64,000 nucleotides of DNA from a bacterium HR34. GTDB taxonomy: Bacteria > Patescibacteriota > Minisyncoccia > Minisyncoccales > HRBIN34. The position numbers and the translations under genes are program-made. Every line of letters starts with the position of its first letter. The stretch's first letter is position 1. Below are positions 36,190-46,152 of this stretch, in pieces. The notes under the pieces were generated by a model. The model was not told the DNA's origin and made no database searches. It worked only from the letters and a program-made list of their open reading frames with translations. The stretch covers positions 1,965 through 65,964 of the forward strand of contig BEIK01000002.1 in the NCBI GenBank assembly GCA_002923395.1, read 5' to 3'.

Positions 36190-36825
36190 ATGAAATTCAT
36201 ATTAGGAAAAAAAATAGGAATGACGCATATTTTTAACGAAAAAGGAGAGCAAGTTCCGGTTACTTTAGTTTTTTCAGACGGATGTGTAGTGTCACAGGTA
36301 AAAAATAAAGAAAAAGATAAATACACAGCGGTTCAAGTAGCATTTGAAAAAGTAAAGGAAAAAAATGTGCCAAAACCTGTTTTAGGTCATTTAAAAAGCA
36401 AGAAAATAGAAGGTGCTTTTAGATATTTAAGAGAGTTTAGGGTTCCTGAAAATGAAGTGCAAAACTTTAAAGAAGGAAGTGTAATTACTGTAGATGTTTT
36501 TAAACCAGGAGATATTGTTAAGGTTAGTGGAATATCAAAAGGCAAAATGTTCCAAGGAGGTGTTAAAAGATGGGGTTTTTCAGGTAGAAGTGAAACTCAT
36601 GGTGTAAAACATGAGCATAGGACGATAGGTTCTGTTGGAACACAAGGACTGGGTAAAGTATTAAAAGGAAAAAGAATGCCAGGTAGAACAGGAGGAGTGA
36701 GAGTTACCCAAAGAAACCTTGAGGTTGTGTTAGTTGATAAAGAAAATAATATATTAGGTATTAAAGGATCTGTTCCAGGTAGAAAAGATACTTTATTAAA
36801 AATAGAATCAATAGATAATAAATAA
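36190..36825 (+). CDS. rplC: 50S ribosomal protein L3
   Basis: GKKIGMTHIF..., KGKMFQGGVKRWGF.G; S10-operon order. Confidence 0.96.
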   Translation: MKFILGKKIGMTHIFNEKGEQVPVTLVFSDGCVVSQVKNKEKDKYTAVQVAFEKVKEKNVPKPVLGHLKSKKIEGAFRYLREFRVPENEVQNFKEGSVITVDVFKPGDIVKVSGISKGKMFQGGVKRWGFSGRSETHGVKHEHRTIGSVGTQGLGKVLKGKRMPGRTGGVRVTQRNLEVVLVDKENNILGIKGSVPGRKDTLLKIESIDNK

Positions 36826-36833
36826 TATTTCAT

Positions 36834-37484
36834 ATGTCAGAGGTTCCTGTATACAATTTCAAAACAGGAGAAAAAATTGACACGGTGAATTTACCCGATA
36901 ATATTTTCAATTATCCTTTAAACCAAGATTTAATTCATCAAGTTTTATATGTACAATCTTTAAGAAGGAAGCCAACATTAGCTCATACAAAAAACAGAGG
37001 TGAGGTTAGGGGAGGAGGCAGAAAGCCATGGAGGCAAAAAGGAACTGGTAGAGCAAGGCATGGGTCAATAAGATCTCCACTATGGAGAGGCGGTGGAGTT
37101 GTTTTTGGTCCAAGAAAAGAAAGAAATTACAAAAAAAACATACCAATAAAAATGAGAAGGAAAGCGCTTTTTAGTGTTTTATCGCAAAAAAACAGAGAGA
37201 AAGAATTAATAATTTTTGATAAAATAGATATTGATGAACCAAAAACCAAGATTCTTGCACAAAATTTAAAAATATTAAGGGATAAAATACAGGATTTTAA
37301 AAAAGGTTCGATGAATATTGTTTTGCCATCTAAAAATAAAAACATTTTTTTAGCGGCAAAGAATTTACCAAAAGTAAATACTATTTTGGCAAAGGATTTA
37401 AACGTGTTTGATTTATTAAATTTTAAATATGTTTTAATTGATGTGCCAGGAGTTGAGGTAATAAAAGAAACATTTAAGACATAA
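36834..37484 (+). CDS. rplD: 50S ribosomal protein L4
   Basis: RGEVRGGGRKPWRQKGTGRARHGSIRSPLWRGGG. Confidence 0.96.
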   Translation: MSEVPVYNFKTGEKIDTVNLPDNIFNYPLNQDLIHQVLYVQSLRRKPTLAHTKNRGEVRGGGRKPWRQKGTGRARHGSIRSPLWRGGGVVFGPRKERNYKKNIPIKMRRKALFSVLSQKNREKELIIFDKIDIDEPKTKILAQNLKILRDKIQDFKKGSMNIVLPSKNKNIFLAAKNLPKVNTILAKDLNVFDLLNFKYVLIDVPGVEVIKETFKT

Positions 37485-37488
37485 AAAT

Positions 37489-37920
37489 ATGAAAATTTTT
37501 GGAAGAAATAAAAAAATTAAGGATGACAAAAAAACAGAGAAAAATGAAAAAGAAGAGAATGTTGTGAAAGAAGAAAAGAAAAGTCAAGTTGTTGAGGAAA
37601 AAGAGGCAAAAGATGTAAGCTCGACAGATTCTTATTTGTATTCTTTAATAAAAAAACCAAGATTATCAGAAAAAGCTTTAGAATTGGTTTCTTCTCAAAA
37701 CAAATATATTTTTGATGTTGTGGAACACGCAAACAAAACTGAGATAAAAAAAGCAATAGAAAAAATTTTTAATGTAGAAGTCGTTAAGGTAAACATTGTT
37801 AAAAGACCACATAAACCAAAAAACTTAAGAGGAATAATAGGTAAGAAAGGTGGGGGTAAAAAGGCAATAGTAACAATAAAAAAGGGCCAAAAAATACCAA
37901 TTTATCCAGAACAAAAATAA
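37489..37920 (+). CDS. rplW: 50S ribosomal protein L23 with a roughly 45-aa Lys/Glu-rich N-terminal extension
   Basis: Core LIKKPRLSEKALEL...KTEIKKAIEKIFNVEVVKVN; no alternative start downstream of 37489. Confidence 0.9.
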   Translation: MKIFGRNKKIKDDKKTEKNEKEENVVKEEKKSQVVEEKEAKDVSSTDSYLYSLIKKPRLSEKALELVSSQNKYIFDVVEHANKTEIKKAIEKIFNVEVVKVNIVKRPHKPKNLRGIIGKKGGGKKAIVTIKKGQKIPIYPEQK

Positions 37921-37929
37921 TAGAAACAT

Positions 37930-38781
37930 ATGGCTTTAAAGAAAGTAAAACCAGTAACTCCAGGACAGAGACATATTGTAAAAGAGGATTTTTCTATTTT
38001 GACAAAAAAAGAGCCTGAAAAATCCTTGATTGTTAGATTGCCAAAAAGAGCTGGGAGATCGAAAACAACAGGTAGGATAACTACAAGACATAAAGGAGGA
38101 GGAGCAAGAAAATTGTATAGAATTATTGAATTTGGTCAAAGGAAGCTTGGTATTAAAGCTAAAGTTTTGGCAATAGAATATGATCCTAACAGAACTGCTT
38201 TTATAGCTTTAATTCAATATGAAGATGGAGATAAAGCATATATAATAGCGCCACAGAATTTAAAAGTTGGTGATGAAGTTGTTTGCGATGAGAAAGCAGA
38301 AATAAAAGAAGGAAATAGAATGAAACTAGAACATATTCCTGTTGGTACTCTTGTGTATAATGTGGAGATAGTACCAGGAGGAAAAGGTAAAATGGTAAGG
38401 GCAGCTGGAACTTCAGCCAAGGTTGTTGCTCATGAGGGCGATTACGTGCACTTACAAATGCCATCTGGTGAAGTAAGAAAAATTCATAAAAATTGTTTTG
38501 CAAGCATAGGTGCTATTTCAAGGCCAGATTGGAGATATACCGTTATTGGAAAGGCAGGTAGAGTAAGAAAGAAAGGTATAAGGCCAACCGTTAGAGGATC
38601 AGCGATGTCAGCTGTTGCGCATCCTCACGGAGGAGGAGAAGGAAAAACAGGAATAGGTTATAAATACCCAAGAACTCCATGGGGTAAACCTGCTCGTGGG
38701 GTAAAAACAAGAAAGAGAAAGAACACAGATCAATTTATAGTTATAAGTAGACACGATCTTAAGAATAAAAATAAAGCATAA
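37930..38781 (+). CDS. rplB: 50S ribosomal protein L2
   Basis: GRITTRHKGGGARKLYR, SAVAHPHGGGEGK. Confidence 0.97.
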   Translation: MALKKVKPVTPGQRHIVKEDFSILTKKEPEKSLIVRLPKRAGRSKTTGRITTRHKGGGARKLYRIIEFGQRKLGIKAKVLAIEYDPNRTAFIALIQYEDGDKAYIIAPQNLKVGDEVVCDEKAEIKEGNRMKLEHIPVGTLVYNVEIVPGGKGKMVRAAGTSAKVVAHEGDYVHLQMPSGEVRKIHKNCFASIGAISRPDWRYTVIGKAGRVRKKGIRPTVRGSAMSAVAHPHGGGEGKTGIGYKYPRTPWGKPARGVKTRKRKNTDQFIVISRHDLKNKNKA

Positions 38782-38799
38782 ATATAAATAATTAAAACT

Positions 38800-39114
38800 A
38801 TGACAAGAAGTTTAAAAAAAGGTCCATATATAGATAAAAGATTGTTGAAAAAGATCGAGGGCAAAAAACCGGATCCAAAATTAATAATTAAAACATGGTC
38901 AAGGAGCGCAACCATAACTCCTGAAATGGTAGGTTTTACTTTTGGTGTGCACAACGGCAAAGAATTCATTCCTGTTTATGTTACAGAGGAAATGGTTGGT
39001 CACAAACTTGGTGAGTTTGCTCCAACAACGAAATTTGTAAGACATGGTGGTAAGATGCAAAGAGAATTAGAAGCAAAGCAAAAAGAAGCTGAATTAAAGT
39101 CAATTAATAAATAA
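38800..39114 (+). CDS. rpsS: 30S ribosomal protein S19
   Basis: [10 protein letters not shown]..., [23 protein letters not shown]. Confidence 0.96.
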   Translation: MTRSLKKGPYIDKRLLKKIEGKKPDPKLIIKTWSRSATITPEMVGFTFGVHNGKEFIPVYVTEEMVGHKLGEFAPTTKFVRHGGKMQRELEAKQKEAELKSINK

Positions 39115-39128
39115 ATTTTATAATTATT

Positions 39129-39515
39129 ATGGCAGTGAAAGCTAAATTAAAATATTTAAGGATAGCGCCGAGAAAAGTGAGGTTGGTTGCTGATATGGTA
39201 AGAGGCAAAAAAGTAAATGATGCCTTAGATATTTTAAGTTTTGTTGTTAAAAGAGCTGCTAAACCATTAAAGAAACTTTTACAATCTGCGATTGCCAACG
39301 CAGAAAATAATTTTAAGTTAGACAAAGATAATTTATTTATATCTAAAATTCTTGTAAATGAAGGTCCTAAATTAAAAAGATTTATGCCAAGAGCAATGGG
39401 AAGAGCTTTTATGATTCAGAAAAAAACATCACATATAGAAATAGAACTTGATGAAATTAAAAAAAATGATAAAACAGATAGTATTGCTTCCGGAGACAAA
39501 AAACCAAGAGAATAA
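39129..39515 (+). CDS. rplV: 50S ribosomal protein L22
   Basis: AKLKYLRIAPRKVRLVADMVRGKKV..., PRAMGRAFMIQKKTSHI. Confidence 0.95.
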   Translation: MAVKAKLKYLRIAPRKVRLVADMVRGKKVNDALDILSFVVKRAAKPLKKLLQSAIANAENNFKLDKDNLFISKILVNEGPKLKRFMPRAMGRAFMIQKKTSHIEIELDEIKKNDKTDSIASGDKKPRE

Positions 39516-39545
39516 TAAACAAAAAATAGAAGCAAAAATAAAAAT

Positions 39546-40208
39546 ATGTCACATAAAGTTCATCCAAAAATTTATAGAGTTTCAAAAACAGAAGACTGGA
39601 GATCGAGGTGGTTTGCTACCAAAAATTTTAGTGTTCTATTAGAGCAGGATTATAAAATTAGAGAATTTTTGTCAGAAAAGTTGAAGGATGCTGCGGTAAA
39701 AGATATTATAATAGAAAGAATACCTGGGAAACTAATAATTACAATAGAAACAGCTAAGCCAGCATTTATTATTGGTAAGGGTGGTAAAGGTTTAACAGAA
39801 TTAAAAACTGAAATAGAAAAACTGTTAAAACTTAATCTTAAAAAGAAAAAAGAAAGAGATTATGATGTTGAAATAAATGTTAAGGAAGTAATAGATTTTT
39901 GGAAATCGGCAGAGTTAGTTTCTCAATGGATGGCAAAACAAATAGAAAATAGAGTTCCTTTCAAGAGAGTATTAAAGCAAGCAATGGCGAAGATATGTGA
40001 GAATAGAGATGTAGAAGGTGTAAAGCTTATGGTTTCTGGAAGATTAGATGGTGTTGAGATAGCAAGGACAGAGTGGATTGCAAAAGGTAAGCTTCCCAGA
40101 ACTACAATTAAAAGTGATATTGACTTTGCGAGAAATACGGCTTTCTGTAGGTATGGTACTGTTGGTATAAAAGTTTGGATTTATAAAGGTGAAAGAGAAA
40201 ATGTTTAA
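39546..40208 (+). CDS. rpsC: 30S ribosomal protein S3
   Basis: HKVHPKIYRV..., KH-domain segment, GRLDGVEIARTEW. Confidence 0.96.
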   Translation: MSHKVHPKIYRVSKTEDWRSRWFATKNFSVLLEQDYKIREFLSEKLKDAAVKDIIIERIPGKLIITIETAKPAFIIGKGGKGLTELKTEIEKLLKLNLKKKKERDYDVEINVKEVIDFWKSAELVSQWMAKQIENRVPFKRVLKQAMAKICENRDVEGVKLMVSGRLDGVEIARTEWIAKGKLPRTTIKSDIDFARNTAFCRYGTVGIKVWIYKGERENV

Positions 40209-40218
40209 ATAAAAAATT

Positions 40219-40632
40219 ATGTTTTTCCCAAGTAGAGTAAAATATAGAAAATCGCAAAAAAGACCACAAAAAGGAGTAGATAGAAGTGGTACTTATTTAG
40301 CTTTTGGGAGTTATGGATTAAAGGCAATGGAAGCAAGGTGGATTACTTCTAAACAATTAGAGACGTGCAGAAGAGTTATAATTAGATTTTTAAAAAAAGG
40401 AGGAAAATTATGGATAAGAATCTTTCCAAACAAACCTGTAACCAAAAAAGGGAATGAAGTACCAATGGGAGGAGGTAAAGGTTCTGTAGATCATTATGTT
40501 TTTCCTGTTAGACCGAATAGAATATTATTTGAAGTAGATGGCATTTCAGAACAAGAAGCAAGAGAAGCACTTAGAATAGCAGCATCGAAGTTGCCCATTA
40601 AAACTAAGTTTGTAAAGAAAGAAGAAATATGA
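40219..40632 (+). CDS. rplP: 50S ribosomal protein L16
   Basis: PSRVKYRKSQKR...GSYGLKA..., MGGGKGSVDHYV. Confidence 0.96.
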   Translation: MFFPSRVKYRKSQKRPQKGVDRSGTYLAFGSYGLKAMEARWITSKQLETCRRVIIRFLKKGGKLWIRIFPNKPVTKKGNEVPMGGGKGSVDHYVFPVRPNRILFEVDGISEQEAREALRIAASKLPIKTKFVKKEEI

Positions 40633-40850
40633 AGAAAAAAGAAAAACAAGCCCTAAAAGCAAAAGATGAAAAAGATTTAATAAAGCTGTTGGCTGAGAAA
40701 AGGAAAAAGTTGCAAGAATTGAGGTTTTCTATTAGTTTGGGGGAAAAAGTTAAAAACATAAAAGAAATATCAAAATTAAAAAAAGAAATAGCAGTTATCC
40801 TTACTTTTATAAATCAAAAAAGAAGAGAGAAAGAGAATAAAAGTAATTAA
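40629..40850 (+). CDS. rpmC: 50S ribosomal protein L29
   Basis: Small helical ORF (LKAKDEKDLIKLLAEKRKKLQELRF) in the conserved position. Confidence 0.9.
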   Translation: MKKKEKQALKAKDEKDLIKLLAEKRKKLQELRFSISLGEKVKNIKEISKLKKEIAVILTFINQKRREKENKSN

Positions 40851-40859
40851 TTTTAATAT

Positions 40860-41093
40860 ATGCCAAAAAAAGAATTAATAGGAGAAGTAGTATCAACGAA
40901 AATGCAAAAAACACTTGTTGTTAAAGTGGCAAGAGTTAAAGTTCATCCTAAATATAAAAAGAGAATAGTTGTGCATAAAAAATACAAAGCCCATTATGAG
41001 GAAGGTAATTTTAAAGAAGGAGACAAGGTTTTAATAAGGGAATCAAGACCTATTTCAAAAGATAAAAAATGGGTAGTTGTTAAAAAATTATAA
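40860..41093 (+). CDS. rpsQ: 30S ribosomal protein S17
   Basis: GEVVSTKMQKTLVVKV...HPKYKKR...ESRPISKDKKW. Confidence 0.95.
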   Translation: MPKKELIGEVVSTKMQKTLVVKVARVKVHPKYKKRIVVHKKYKAHYEEGNFKEGDKVLIRESRPISKDKKWVVVKKL

Positions 41094-41098
41094 AAATT

Positions 41099-41470
41099 AT
41101 GATACAAAAAGGAACAATGTTAAAAGTAGCAGATAATTCAGGTGCAAAGTTAGTAAAGTGCATCCATATTTATGGTGGTTCAAAAAGAAGATATGCAAAA
41201 TTGGGTGATGTTATTAATGTTGTTGTAAAAGAAGCAGAACCTAGAAAGGCAGTAAAAAAGCATGAAATAATAAGAGCCGTTGTTGTAAGGCAAAAAAAAC
41301 CATATAGAAGAAAAGATGGTTCTTATATTTATTTTGATGATAACGCTTGTGTTCTTTTGGATGGTAATACAACAAATCCAAAAGGGACAAGAATTATTGG
41401 CCCAATAGCAAGAGAAGTAAGAGAAAAAGGTTTTAGTGAAGTTGCTGGATTAGCAGAAGATATATTATAA
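41099..41470 (+). CDS. rplN: 50S ribosomal protein L14
   Basis: MIQKGTMLKVADNSGAK..., GDVINVVVKEA. Confidence 0.97.
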   Translation: MIQKGTMLKVADNSGAKLVKCIHIYGGSKRRYAKLGDVINVVVKEAEPRKAVKKHEIIRAVVVRQKKPYRRKDGSYIYFDDNACVLLDGNTTNPKGTRIIGPIAREVREKGFSEVAGLAEDIL

Positions 41471-41474
41471 AAAT

Positions 41475-41792
41475 ATGCAGAATAAACTTAAGATAAAAAA
41501 AGGAGATACTGTATTAGTAATCTGTGGTAAGGATAGAGGTAAAACAGGTAAGATTTTGAAGTGTTTCCCAAAATTAAGGAAAGTTATTGTTGAAAAAGTT
41601 AACATCAAAAAGAAGCATATGAAGCCAAGAAGACAAGGAGAAAAAGGTCAAATAATTGAATTTCCAGCCCCCATCAATGTTTCCAACGTAAAATTTATAT
41701 GTCCTAAATGTTCAAAGCCAACAAGATTAGGATATAAAGTTTCAGGTCGAACAAAAAAAAGAATTTGCAAAAAATGTAAAAGTGAAGTATAA
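41475..41792 (+). CDS. rplX: 50S ribosomal protein L24 with C-terminal CxxC...CxxC zinc ribbon
   Basis: KIKKGDTVLVICGKDRGKTGKI (KOW) plus CPKCSKP...CKKCKS tail. Confidence 0.93.
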   Translation: MQNKLKIKKGDTVLVICGKDRGKTGKILKCFPKLRKVIVEKVNIKKKHMKPRRQGEKGQIIEFPAPINVSNVKFICPKCSKPTRLGYKVSGRTKKRICKKCKSEV

Positions 41793-41796
41793 ATAT

Positions 41797-42357
41797 ATGA
41801 TTACACTAACGAAAGAAAAAGTTAAGGAGGTTAGAGAACAGATAAAAAGAGATTTAAGTTTAAAAAACATTAACCAAGCCCCTAAATTGGAGAAGATAGT
41901 TTTGAATGTTGGTTTTGGTAGAATGGTGGCTGGTAAGTCATCAGATGAACAAATGAAAATAAGAGAAGATATATTGAAGAACCTCTCTTTAATTGCTGGA
42001 CAAAAAGCAGTTTTTACAAAGGCAAGGGGAGCAGTTTCAGCATTCAAGATAAGAAAAGGTATGATAATCGGTGCGAAAGTGACTTTAAGGGGCAATAGAA
42101 TGTATGATTTTTTTGATAGATTTATAAATATAGTTTTGCCGAGAATAAGAGATTTTAGAGGAATATCACTTAACAGTATTGATAAATGGGGTAATTTAAC
42201 AGTTGGAATAAGAGAAGTTATAGTTTTTCCAGAAATATTACCAGAAAATTTAAAATATCCCTTTGGTTTAGAAGTTACTTTGCATTCTACGGCCAAAGAT
42301 AAAGAAACAGGGATACTATTTTTTAAAAAATTAGGAATACCATTTCAAGAAAAATAA
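41797..42357 (+). CDS. rplE: 50S ribosomal protein L5
   Basis: [14 protein letters not shown]..., [12 protein letters not shown]; ATG at 41797 (5 nt after the rplX stop) preferred over the GTG at 41782. Confidence 0.95.
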   Translation: MITLTKEKVKEVREQIKRDLSLKNINQAPKLEKIVLNVGFGRMVAGKSSDEQMKIREDILKNLSLIAGQKAVFTKARGAVSAFKIRKGMIIGAKVTLRGNRMYDFFDRFINIVLPRIRDFRGISLNSIDKWGNLTVGIREVIVFPEILPENLKYPFGLEVTLHSTAKDKETGILFFKKLGIPFQEK

Positions 42358-42361
42358 AAAT

Positions 42362-42547
42362 ATGCCGACATTAGCACAAATAGTAAAATCAAAAAAGAAA
42401 CCAAAATATTCAACGAGAATTGTAAGGAGGTGTTTTAGATGCGGTAGAAAACGTGGTTATATGAGAAAATTTGGACTTTGCAGAATATGTTTTAGAGAAA
42501 TGGCAAACGAAGGTTTAATCCCAGGCGTTAGAAAATCTTCATGGTAA
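42362..42547 (+). CDS. rpsN: 30S ribosomal protein S14, zinc-binding short (type Z) form
   Basis: 61 aa, CFRCGR...CRICFRE. Confidence 0.95.
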   Translation: MPTLAQIVKSKKKPKYSTRIVRRCFRCGRKRGYMRKFGLCRICFREMANEGLIPGVRKSSW

Positions 42548-42562
42548 ATAATTTTAAAATTT

Positions 42563-42955
42563 ATGTTAGATCTAATAGTTGATTTTTTAAACAGAATAAG
42601 AAACGCTCAAATGGCACAGAAAAGTGTTGTATATATTCCTTTTTCAAACTTAAAATATGAAATAGCAAGTTTGTTGGAAAGAGAAAACTTTATTGATAAA
42701 GTTGAGAGAAGAGAAAGAAAGGGTAAAAAGTTTATAAAAATATATCTTAAATATACAGAAAACAAACAACCTGCAATTTCAGGATTAAGACGTATATCAA
42801 AACAAGGGCAAAGAATTTATGCAGGTTATGACGAGATTTCAAAATATAAAAAAGGTTACGGTATTGTTGTGTTAACAACTTCAAAAGGTATTTTAACAGA
42901 TAAAGAGGCAAGAAAAGAAAAGGTTGGAGGAGAGTTAATTTGTGAAGTTTGGTAA
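42563..42955 (+). CDS. rpsH: 30S ribosomal protein S8
   Basis: DFLNRIRNAQMA..., TSKGILTDKEARKEKVGGELICEVW. Confidence 0.96.
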   Translation: MLDLIVDFLNRIRNAQMAQKSVVYIPFSNLKYEIASLLERENFIDKVERRERKGKKFIKIYLKYTENKQPAISGLRRISKQGQRIYAGYDEISKYKKGYGIVVLTTSKGILTDKEARKEKVGGELICEVW

Positions 42956-42960
42956 AAAAT

Positions 42961-43521
42961 ATGAGTAGAATAGGCAAAAAACCAATTAAAGTAGAGGAAG
43001 GGGTTGATATTAAATTAGAGAATGGAAAGGTTAAAGTAAAAGGTCCAAAAGGGGAACTAACTTTTGATATTCCACCATATATAACAGTTGAAAAAAAAGA
43101 TAACGAGGTGATAGTAAAACCTATAGAAAAATTTCCTAAAAGATTGAAAAATCAAGTAAAAGCACTATGGGGAACAACGAGGGCAATAATTAATAATATG
43201 GTTCAGGGAGTTTTAAGAGGTTATGAAAAGAAACTACAAATAGAAGGAATAGGTTATAAAGCAAGTGTACAGGGTAAAGATTTGATATTAGAAGTTGGTT
43301 TTACTCATCCAGTAAAAGTTCAATGCCCAGAAGGTATACAGTTTTCAGTAGAAAAGAATATAATTACAGTTTCTGGAGTCGACAGGCAAAAAGTTGGTCA
43401 AATTGCAGCTTTTATAAGATCAATTAAAAAACCAGACCCATATAAAGGTAAGGGGATAAGATACGTGGGAGAGCAAATTAGAAAGAAATTAGGTAAAAAA
43501 GCAGTAGGAGCAGGAGCATAA
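42961..43521 (+). CDS. rplF: 50S ribosomal protein L6
   Basis: MSRIGKKPI..., EGIGYKA; ATG at 42961 preferred over the track start at 42949. Confidence 0.95.
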   Translation: MSRIGKKPIKVEEGVDIKLENGKVKVKGPKGELTFDIPPYITVEKKDNEVIVKPIEKFPKRLKNQVKALWGTTRAIINNMVQGVLRGYEKKLQIEGIGYKASVQGKDLILEVGFTHPVKVQCPEGIQFSVEKNIITVSGVDRQKVGQIAAFIRSIKKPDPYKGKGIRYVGEQIRKKLGKKAVGAGA

Positions 43522-43532
43522 AAAATAAAAAT

Positions 43533-43889
43533 ATGAATATTAAAGAAAAAATAGAAAAAAGAAAAAGAAGGATCAAGAGAGTAAGATCTAAGATTATTGG
43601 AACAAAAGAGAGGCCACGCCTTTATGTTTTTAAATCTAATAAGTATGTATATGCAGGTTTAGCAATTGATTTGGAAGATACATCAAAAACTCTTTTTTAT
43701 ATTTCAACAAAAGATATAAAAAATAATAAAAAACCATTAGAAAAAGCCCTAGAATTAGGTAAAATTGTTGGAGAAAAAGCGAGACAAATAGGAATAGATA
43801 AAGTTGTTTTTGATAGAAGAGGTTATAAATACCATGGAATAGTAAAAAATATAGCTGAGGGTGCAAGGCAAGTAGGGTTAAAATTCTAA
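43533..43889 (+). CDS. rplR: 50S ribosomal protein L18
   Basis: RRIKRVRSKIIGTKERPRLYVFKSNKYVYA..., FDRRGYKYHGIVK. Confidence 0.95.
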   Translation: MNIKEKIEKRKRRIKRVRSKIIGTKERPRLYVFKSNKYVYAGLAIDLEDTSKTLFYISTKDIKNNKKPLEKALELGKIVGEKARQIGIDKVVFDRRGYKYHGIVKNIAEGARQVGLKF

Positions 43890-43893
43890 AAAT

Positions 43894-44418
43894 ATGGCAA
43901 AAAGAAATTTAAAACAAAAAAATAATAACGAAGAACAGTTAGAATCAAAACTTATTGATTTGGCAAGAACGATAAGAGTTACTGGTGGTGGAAAGCATCT
44001 AAGTTTTAGAGCTGCTGTAGTTGTTGGTGATAAAAGGGGAAAAGTGGGTTTTGGAATTGGAAAAAGTAAAGATACAACAGAAGCAATAGAAAAGGCATTT
44101 AAGCAGGCAAAGAAGAATATGTTTCCTGTCGTTATAAAAGATGAGACAATTCCTCATAAAGTTTACGCAAAGCATGATGCTGCTGAAGTTTATTTATTTC
44201 CTCAAAGAAAAGGAATAGGTATTGTAGCAGGTGGTGTTGTGAGAGTTATTTGTAATTTTGCCGGTATTAAAAATGTTTCTTCAAAAATTATTGGAAGGAC
44301 AAAAAATAAAATTAGCAATGCCTTAGCAACAATTAAAGCACTAAAGAAATTAAAACCGATTGTCACAAAAGAAAACAAAGAAGATATTAAAAACGAAGAG
44401 TCAGCGCAAAGTAATTAA
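43894..44418 (+). CDS. rpsE: 30S ribosomal protein S5
   Basis: RTIRVTGGGKHLSFRAAVVVGDKRGKVGFGIGKSKD. Confidence 0.96.
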   Translation: MAKRNLKQKNNNEEQLESKLIDLARTIRVTGGGKHLSFRAAVVVGDKRGKVGFGIGKSKDTTEAIEKAFKQAKKNMFPVVIKDETIPHKVYAKHDAAEVYLFPQRKGIGIVAGGVVRVICNFAGIKNVSSKIIGRTKNKISNALATIKALKKLKPIVTKENKEDIKNEESAQSN

Positions 44419-44422
44419 AAAT

Positions 44423-44854
44423 ATGCAAATTCATCAATTACAACGAAAAACTAAATTAAAGAAAAGGAAAAGAATAGGAAGAGGAGGAAAAAGAGGCACT
44501 TATAGCGGAAGAGGTGCTAAAGGGCAACGTTCAAGGGCGGGAAGAAATTTGCAGCCTTTAGTTAGGATTTTAATTAAAAGATATCATAAATTAAGAGGAT
44601 ATAAGTTTAATCCTGTTAGAGAGAAATTTATTGCCTTAAAACTATCTCTTATTAACAAACATTTTAGCGACGGCGATAAAATAACTCAACAGGTTTTAAG
44701 AGATAAAAAATTAATAAACCAAAACGAAAAAGCAAAAATAGTCGGTGATTCAAAAGAAATTGAATTTAATAAAAAATTACATATAATAGATGTGCCGGTA
44801 AGTTCTAAAGTAAAAGAATTAATAAAAAGCAAAGGAGGCACGGTAGAAAATTAA
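44423..44854 (+). CDS. rplO: 50S ribosomal protein L15
   Basis: KRKRIGRGGKRGTYSGRGAKGQRSRAG; ATG at 44423 lies 4 nt after the rpsE stop, with no rpmD between them. Confidence 0.93.
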   Translation: MQIHQLQRKTKLKKRKRIGRGGKRGTYSGRGAKGQRSRAGRNLQPLVRILIKRYHKLRGYKFNPVREKFIALKLSLINKHFSDGDKITQQVLRDKKLINQNEKAKIVGDSKEIEFNKKLHIIDVPVSSKVKELIKSKGGTVEN

Positions 44855-44855
44855 T

Positions 44856-46142
44856 ATGACTAATTTTTTTGAAAAAATATCTTATATTTTCAAGTTACCT
44901 GACTTAAGAAATAAAATACTCTTCATTTTATTAGGATTTTTAATTTTTAGAATAGTAGCTAACATACCAGCCCCTGGTATAAACGAATTACAACTCAAAG
45001 AATTTTTTGCAAGGTTTGAATTTTTTGGTTTGTTGAGCGCTTTTACAGGTGGAGCCTTGGATAATCTTTCTATCGCAATGTTGGGGTTAGGTCCTTATAT
45101 TACGGCGAGCATTATAATGCAGCTTTTGACAATGGTTTTTCCAAGTCTTGAAAAAATGTACAAAGAAGAAGGTGAAGTTGGAAGAAAAAAAATAAATCAA
45201 TACGCAAGGTTTTTAACAGTTCCAATAGCCTTTGTGCAAGGTTATGGGACGTTAATGTTTTTACAAAATCAAAGAGCTATCACTTTTGCCGACACAGAAT
45301 CTTTGATTTTATCTTTGTTTACAATTGTAGCAGGAGCCGTATTTTTAATGTGGCTTGGTGAAATTATCTCAGAAAAAGGTATTGGAAATGGAATTTCTTT
45401 GTTAATTTTTGCCGGAATAGTTTCAGCCCTCCCAACTAATATAAGATCTACTGCGCTTTCTTTCACTGATCAAAGTCAAATAATTTCTTACTTAGAATTT
45501 TTTGTGATGGCTTTTGCTATTATAACATTGGTTGTATACGTGCAGGAAGCAAGAAGGAATATACCTGTTTCTTACGCAAGAAGAGTAAGGGGTATGAAAC
45601 TATATGGAGGAGTTGCAACTTATCTTCCTTTGCAGTTAAATCCAGCTGGTGTTATACCAATTATATTTGCCTTTTCCTTTTTACTTTTACCAGGAACTTT
45701 AGGCGCTATTTTATCTAACTTTGGAGGTTTTATAGGTTTTGCAGCCGAAAGAATATCTAATATATTCAAAGACCAACTTGTTAACGGCGTTTTATTATTC
45801 TTCTTAATTATTGGTTTTACATATTTTTATACTGCTGTTATTTTTGATCCAAAGACAATTTCAAATAATTTGCAAAGAATGGGTGGATTTATTCCTGGTA
45901 TAAGACCTGGGACTCCAACAGTAAATTATTTGTATTATGTTTTAAATAGAATTTTATTCGTTGGGGGTATAACTCTTGGTATTGTTGCTTTGATGCCATC
46001 TATTGCAGGAGCTTTTACCAACGTACACACATTTGGATTTTTTATAGGAGGAACGTCTGTTATAATTATAGTGTCTGTTATTATTGATTTGATAAACAAA
46101 ATAAACGCCCAATTAAAAATGAGAGAATACGACACTATATAA
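44856..46142 (+). CDS. secY: Preprotein translocase subunit SecY
   Basis: 10-TM protein with SecY signatures (GLGPYITASIIMQLL, GEIISEKGIGNGISLLIFAGI). Confidence 0.96.
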   Translation: MTNFFEKISYIFKLPDLRNKILFILLGFLIFRIVANIPAPGINELQLKEFFARFEFFGLLSAFTGGALDNLSIAMLGLGPYITASIIMQLLTMVFPSLEKMYKEEGEVGRKKINQYARFLTVPIAFVQGYGTLMFLQNQRAITFADTESLILSLFTIVAGAVFLMWLGEIISEKGIGNGISLLIFAGIVSALPTNIRSTALSFTDQSQIISYLEFFVMAFAIITLVVYVQEARRNIPVSYARRVRGMKLYGGVATYLPLQLNPAGVIPIIFAFSFLLLPGTLGAILSNFGGFIGFAAERISNIFKDQLVNGVLLFFLIIGFTYFYTAVIFDPKTISNNLQRMGGFIPGIRPGTPTVNYLYYVLNRILFVGGITLGIVALMPSIAGAFTNVHTFGFFIGGTSVIIIVSVIIDLINKINAQLKMREYDTI

Positions 46143-46152
46143 AAGTAAAAAA

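Noticed and set aside
41742-42296. 184-aa ORF antisense to rplE, and the many other 60-136-aa antisense or out-of-frame ORFs in the track (for example 321-635, 1586-1960, 5268-5678, 26940-27311, 39448-39642, 30151-30333)
   Set aside because: Each is embedded in a confidently identified conserved gene on the other strand or frame. They have low-complexity, Phe/Leu/Ser/Lys-rich composition, as expected from antisense AT-rich coding DNA.
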